Shown here one piece after another: positions 59,462 to 64,000 of a DNA stretch of 64,000 nucleotides. The stretch lies in NCBI GenBank assembly GCA_965218295.1, contig CBDCKN010000013.1, forward strand, positions 32,001 through 96,000, written 5' to 3'. Every line of letters starts with the position of its first letter. Position 1 is the stretch's first letter. The DNA is from Longimicrobiales bacterium. Its GTDB lineage: Bacteria > Gemmatimonadota > Gemmatimonadetes > Longimicrobiales > Gaopeijiaceae. The notes beneath the pieces were generated by a model. The model was given only the letters and a program-made list of their open reading frames with translations, made no database searches and was not told where the DNA came from. The translations under genes were made by a program, and so were the position numbers.

Positions 59462-61217
59462 TCGGGCTCCTCCGCCCCCTGGATGGCCTTGCGCACGGCG
59501 GTACGGACCACCGCGTCGCTGTCGTCTTTCGATTTCTCGAGGGCCTTCTGGGCTTTGGGCATGCGGATCTTGCCCAGCACCCGGGCCGCGGACGCCCGGA
59601 TCTCCGGAGGTTCCTTGCGGCTGAGAAGGCCCTCTTGTTCAGGAGCTTGTCGAGGACCTCGACGGCCCCGGCCCCGCCGAGCATGCCGTAGCTCTCGAAG
59701 ACGGCGATCTTCTCGGTGAGGTCGGCCTGTCGAATCTCCTTGCCCGTGACCACCGCCTTTAAGGCCGGGGCGGCGTTGGTGTATTGCATCCCTGCCAGCG
59801 CCCGGGCGGCCCCGACCCGGACGTCACTCTCCGAGTCCGCGAGCGCGTTGATCAAGCCAGGTGCCGCGCCGCTGGCACCGAGCGTCCGAGCCGCCTCCAC
59901 GCTGGCGAGCCGCGCCGCGGCGTATGTATGGCTCATGAGCCTCACCAGCTTGGGAGCGGCGTCCGACAGGCCCATCTCGCCCACGAGGAGGGCGGCCGCG
60001 GTTGCGATCACGGCGTTCTCGTCCTCCAGGAGCGCGATCACCGCCTCGCGGTTCTCGTCGGCGATGCCCCTCACGGCCCGGCGCAGCGTCTCCTGGAGCC
60101 CCTTTTCCTCCGCTTCCTCGGAAGCCAAGAGAAGGATCGGCAGGGCGTCCGAGCTGAGGTATTTGAGGAGCCGGTCGAGGACCTCCACGGGTACGTCGAT
60201 GGTGCCGTCCCGAAGGGCCCCAACGAGCTCCTCGATGGTCTCGGGCGACGAGAGCTCGTTCATGAGGGCGTCGCACTCCTGCTGCCGCAACTGGTCCAGC
60301 CCCCCCGGCCTAGCCCGAGTGGCGGCCAGCTGCTCCAGGACGTCGGCGGCCGAAGCCACCGCTCCACGACTCAGGAAGTTCGGTAGCAGGTCGCGGAAGA
60401 CCTTCAGGATCTCCGACTGGCGCTCCGCCTGCTCAGGCTCCTCCAACCTGTCGAAGAGGGCGGCGAGGACATCCGCCCGGAGGTCCCTCGACATCTCGGC
60501 TTCGAGCTCTTGCTTGAGCTGCTCCTTCTCCCTTGGATCCAGGGCATAGAGAGCAGGCTGGAAGTCGTCCCGCCCGATCTTCGGCGGTGGTGTCTCCTTC
60601 GTGGGAGCCTCCCCGGTCTCGGCCGAGGCACTCTCCTCTGTCTCCATCTCTTCCTGGAGCACATCCGCCAGCTCGGGGCGATCTTCCTCGGGACGCGCCT
60701 CGGGGACCGCAACGCCGTCCGTGAGCCGGTCCACGTAGTAATACTTGAAGAACTCCAGATCCTCCTCCCAGAGGATGCTGAGGAGGTCGTCGCCCTCGGC
60801 GGCTTTCAACGTCTTGGCCTTCTGGAGAAGACTCAGAAAACGCTCGAGCTCCTGTGCCTCGATGCCCAGGAGGAACGTCACATCCCGGACGCCGTCCTTG
60901 TAGAAGAGGAAAGAGAGGGAATCGGAGCGGGAATCGCTGTGGTAGACCTCCTCGCCGGCCAGCGCGAAACGGTCTTCCTCAACCGAGACGTTGAGACCCT
61001 CAATCTCCTGCCAGAGGTCCTCGAACGCCTCCCGTAGGCTCGTTACGAAGCGCTTGTAGACCGGGTTGTTCTCGTCGTAGAGCTGATAGGCCCGCAGCGC
61101 CTTACCGAGAGTGATGAACAACTCACGGACCTGGGCGAAGGGGAGGTCCTCGACGTCTGACAACTCGGCAGAGCCGCCGTCGCCCTGATCGGAAATATCG
61201 ACGGGGGTATCTGTCAA
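59458..61217 (-). CDS. HEAT-repeat protein with an apparent 1-bp deletion at ~59630
   Basis: HEAT repeats; adding one G at 59630-59632 restores LLSRKEPPEIRASAARVLG...DAVVRTAVRKA, with TGA overlapping the HD-GYP GTG. Confidence 0.82.
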
Positions 61218-61229
61218 TGGTCGCTCGCT

Positions 61230-62444
61230 CTATCGGCCCGCTGTCTCGGTCTGCGCAATGCTCCCTCGCCCCTCGGTTCGAGCCACGTGGGCAACGTCTT
61301 TGTCCCCTCTGCCGCTCAGGCATACCAGGAGCGAGCCGCGCTCTCGGTACGCCGGCGCGATGTCCAACACGTGAGCGACGGCGTGCGCGCTCTCCAGAGC
61401 CGGTATGATCCCCTCGAGCTCGGACAGCCGGTGAAACGCCGAGAGGGCCTCGTCATCCGTCACCGACGTGTAGTGGGCCCGGCCAGACTCCTTAAGGTGG
61501 GAGTGCTCCGGGCCTACTCCTGGATAGTCCAAACCCGCCGAGATCGAGTGTGCCGGCGCCACTTGGCCGTCGTTGTCCTGAAGAAGATAACTCATGGCCC
61601 CGTGGAGGACACCAGGTTTTCCTGCCGCCAACGTGGCCGAGTGACGGCCCGAGTCGAGGCCCTCCCCCGCCGCCTCGACACCGATCAGCTCGACGTCGTC
61701 GTCCCGAAAAGCGTGGAAGATCCCCATGGCGTTGGACCCCCCACCCACGCACGCCACTACGGCTACGGGGAGGTCTCCCGTCCGATCGAGCATCTGCTCT
61801 CGGGCCTCCTCGCCGATGACGGCCTGGAAGCCGCGCACAATGCGGGGAAAAGGCGCAGGCCCCACCACGGAGCCGATGATGTAGTGGGTCTGCTCGACGT
61901 TGGTCACCCAGTCGCGGATCGCTTCATTCGTGGCGTCCTTGAGGGTGCGAGTCCCTGAGGCCACCTGACGCACCTCAGCGCCCAGGAGCTCCATTCTGTA
62001 GACGTTCAGCGCCTGCCGTGCGACGTCCACCTCTCCCATGTACACCACACACTCGAGATCGAAGAGCGCACACGCCGTCGCGGTGGCGACGCCGTGCTGG
62101 CCCGCTCCGGTCTCGGCGATGATGCGGCGCTTGCCCATGCGGTGAGCCAGGAGAGCCTGACCGATGGTGTTGTTGATCTTGTGAGCGCCGGTGTGGTTGA
62201 GGTCCTCCCTCTTGAAGTAGATGGGCCCCGCCCCCGCGTCCTCTTCGAGGCGCCGAGCACGGTACAGAGGCGACGGGCGACCCACATAGTCACGAAGCAG
62301 AGCGCTCAGCTCACCGCGGAAGGTGGAGTCGGCCGCCGCCTCCTCGTAGGCCGCCTCCAGCTCGTCCAGAGCCGAAATGAGGGTCTCGGGGACATATCGC
62401 CCACCAAAGGACCCGAAGCGATCCGCTTCCGTCTGCATGCTCAT
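61230..62444 (-). CDS. trpB: Tryptophan synthase beta chain
   Basis: [53 protein letters not shown]. Confidence 0.97.
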   Translation of the reverse strand: MSMQTEADRFGSFGGRYVPETLISALDELEAAYEEAAADSTFRGELSALLRDYVGRPSPLYRARRLEEDAGAGPIYFKREDLNHTGAHKINNTIGQALLAHRMGKRRIIAETGAGQHGVATATACALFDLECVVYMGEVDVARQALNVYRMELLGAEVRQVASGTRTLKDATNEAIRDWVTNVEQTHYIIGSVVGPAPFPRIVRGFQAVIGEEAREQMLDRTGDLPVAVVACVGGGSNAMGIFHAFRDDDVELIGVEAAGEGLDSGRHSATLAAGKPGVLHGAMSYLLQDNDGQVAPAHSISAGLDYPGVGPEHSHLKESGRAHYTSVTDDEALSAFHRLSELEGIIPALESAHAVAHVLDIAPAYRERGSLLVCLSGRGDKDVAHVARTEGRGSIAQTETAGR

Positions 62445-63115
62445 CGCTGTCTCGTATCCGGGATGGGAGCATCGGTCATTCGGGCCTTCCTCACGAACGC
62501 CCGGATCAGGTCATGATCCTTGCGTCGAGGCGAGAGCTCAACGCCCGAGCTGACGTCGACCACGTCCGGAGAGAGGACCCGCACCGCCTGCTCGACGTTG
62601 TCGGGAGTGAGGCCTCCGGCCGCGATGAGCCTGACCCCCGGCGGGAAGGCACCCCTCACCGAGGAGAAGTCCTCCCAGGTGAAGGAGACGCCACCACCAC
62701 CGGGACGCTCAGGGTGCCAGGCATCCAGGAGCAAGCCGTCCACGGAGGTCCCGAACTCATTCAGGGCTCGGATCACGTCGTCGGGCTCTCGCACTCTCAC
62801 GGCCTTCCAGATCGCCCAATCGCCCCGGCTGCGCAACTCCCGGACGAACGCCGGGCTCTCCTCCCCGTGAAGCTGGATCACCGAAGCGCCCACCAGTTCG
62901 GCGATACGCTGGGCCTCATCGAGGGGCTCGTCCACCAGCACCGCGACCACGGGCGTATCGACGGCGAGCCCGATGTCCACAGCCTGGTCGGGCGTTAGGC
63001 TTCTGCTGAAGCCCTGTGAGAGGATCATGCCGAGATAGCTCGCCCCCAACTCCTCGGCGGCGCGGGCGTCCTCCGCGGAGCAGAGCCCACAGATCTTGAC
63101 CCACACGTCACCCAT
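62441..63115 (-). CDS. trpF: Phosphoribosylanthranilate isomerase
   Basis: [32 protein letters not shown]. Confidence 0.95.
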   Translation of the reverse strand: MGDVWVKICGLCSAEDARAAEELGASYLGMILSQGFSRSLTPDQAVDIGLAVDTPVVAVLVDEPLDEAQRIAELVGASVIQLHGEESPAFVRELRSRGDWAIWKAVRVREPDDVIRALNEFGTSVDGLLLDAWHPERPGGGGVSFTWEDFSSVRGAFPPGVRLIAAGGLTPDNVEQAVRVLSPDVVDVSSGVELSPRRKDHDLIRAFVRKARMTDAPIPDTRQR

Positions 63116-63917
63116 GGCCCCGGCCCCTCCGCACCTCTCCCGCAAGGGCCGAGACGCCCGCGCCGGGATCCTGCTGGCGGAGAAGCGACTCCCCGACCAA
63201 CACGGCATCGACGCCCTTGTCCCCCAGCAAGCGTACGTCTTCCCGGGTGCGGATGCCGCTTTCCGAGACCAGGACCACATCCGGGGGAATCCGGTCCAGA
63301 AGGCCGAGCGTCACCTCCAGCCGGGTCTCGAACGTCGTGAGATTCCGGTTGTTCACCCCGATCAGTCGAGCGCCGGCCGCCACACCCCGATCCACTTCCT
63401 CGCCGTCGTGCGCCTCGACCATGGCCGTCATTCCCAGCTCCTCAGCCAACAGGCGCAAAGAGCGCAGTCGGGCGTCGTCCAGGATCCGCACGATCAGCAG
63501 AATCGCATCCGCTCCCGCGGCCCGAGCCTCGTAGATCTGGGACTCGTCGATGAGGAAGTCCTTTCGAAGCACCGGAAGGCCCACGAGTCCTCCAGCGGCG
63601 CTCATGTCCTCGAGGGAGCCTCCGAAGTAGTCCCGATCCGTCAGGACGCTGAGGGCCGCCGCTCCGCCCGCTTCGTAGGTCGGAGCCAGCTGCAGGGGGT
63701 CCAGATCGGGACGGATGGGTCCGGAGCCAGGCGATCGCCTCTTGATCTCCGCGATCACCGCGACGGATTCGCCCCCACTCAGGGCGCCGAGGAAGTCCCG
63801 GGCGGGCTCGGCACTCTCAGCAGCCGCTCGGAGCTCCGCCACGCGATCTCTGAGCCCCTCCACCTCGTGCCGCTTGGTCTCTACAATCCGCCCGAGGATG
63901 TCCGTCGGAGGGCTCAT
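63108..63917 (-). CDS. trpC: Indole-3-glycerol phosphate synthase
   Basis: IAEIKRRSP, ALSVLTD..YF.GS, LRKDF, GADAILLI, GVNNRNL, SESGI. Confidence 0.96.
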   Translation of the reverse strand: MSPPTDILGRIVETKRHEVEGLRDRVAELRAAAESAEPARDFLGALSGGESVAVIAEIKRRSPGSGPIRPDLDPLQLAPTYEAGGAAALSVLTDRDYFGGSLEDMSAAGGLVGLPVLRKDFLIDESQIYEARAAGADAILLIVRILDDARLRSLRLLAEELGMTAMVEAHDGEEVDRGVAAGARLIGVNNRNLTTFETRLEVTLGLLDRIPPDVVLVSESGIRTREDVRLLGDKGVDAVLVGESLLRQQDPGAGVSALAGEVRRGRGHG

Positions 63918-64000
63918 CGTCGTGCCCACAGGCGCACCACACCCCATGATCCCTGAACAGCCTTGCGTTTCGGGCAACGTTCGGGTATCGTTTCTTCGGG

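Overview
High-GC bacterial chromosomal segment. The gene set and order look Gemmatimonadota-like, which is an inference. From left to right it holds: (1) the end of a tRNA-Leu(CAA)-anchored accessory island, with a CoA-transferase tail, two tandem tannase/feruloyl-esterase paralogues, and IS21 and terminase scraps; (2) a candidate sigma54-driven GGA-rich small RNA; (3) a GalNAc/galactose salvage locus interrupted by a DUF222-HNH gene; (4) acnA and nfeD-floA; (5) a TetR-controlled aryl-CoA lower-pathway operon; (6) rng-rplU-rpmA; (7) a branched acyl-CoA cluster with AtuA, a carboxyltransferase, an isobutyryl-CoA-mutase-type IcmAB and MeaB; (8) mgtE-ybeY-7TM-HD-phoH-aspS, rlmN, lepB and rqcH; (9) a trp operon split by a HEAT + HD-GYP module. 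The most unusual element is a complete 2.1-kb IS1595-family transposon (38270-40396; 20-bp perfect inverted repeats, 8-bp target duplication). It carries two small passenger ORFs and a tRNA-Cys-bodied gene with a non-canonical anticodon loop, mounted on a long extended stem. It inserted into the icmA stop codon and regenerates it. The window also shows many point lesions at conserved codons and repeated short tandem duplications over stop codons.
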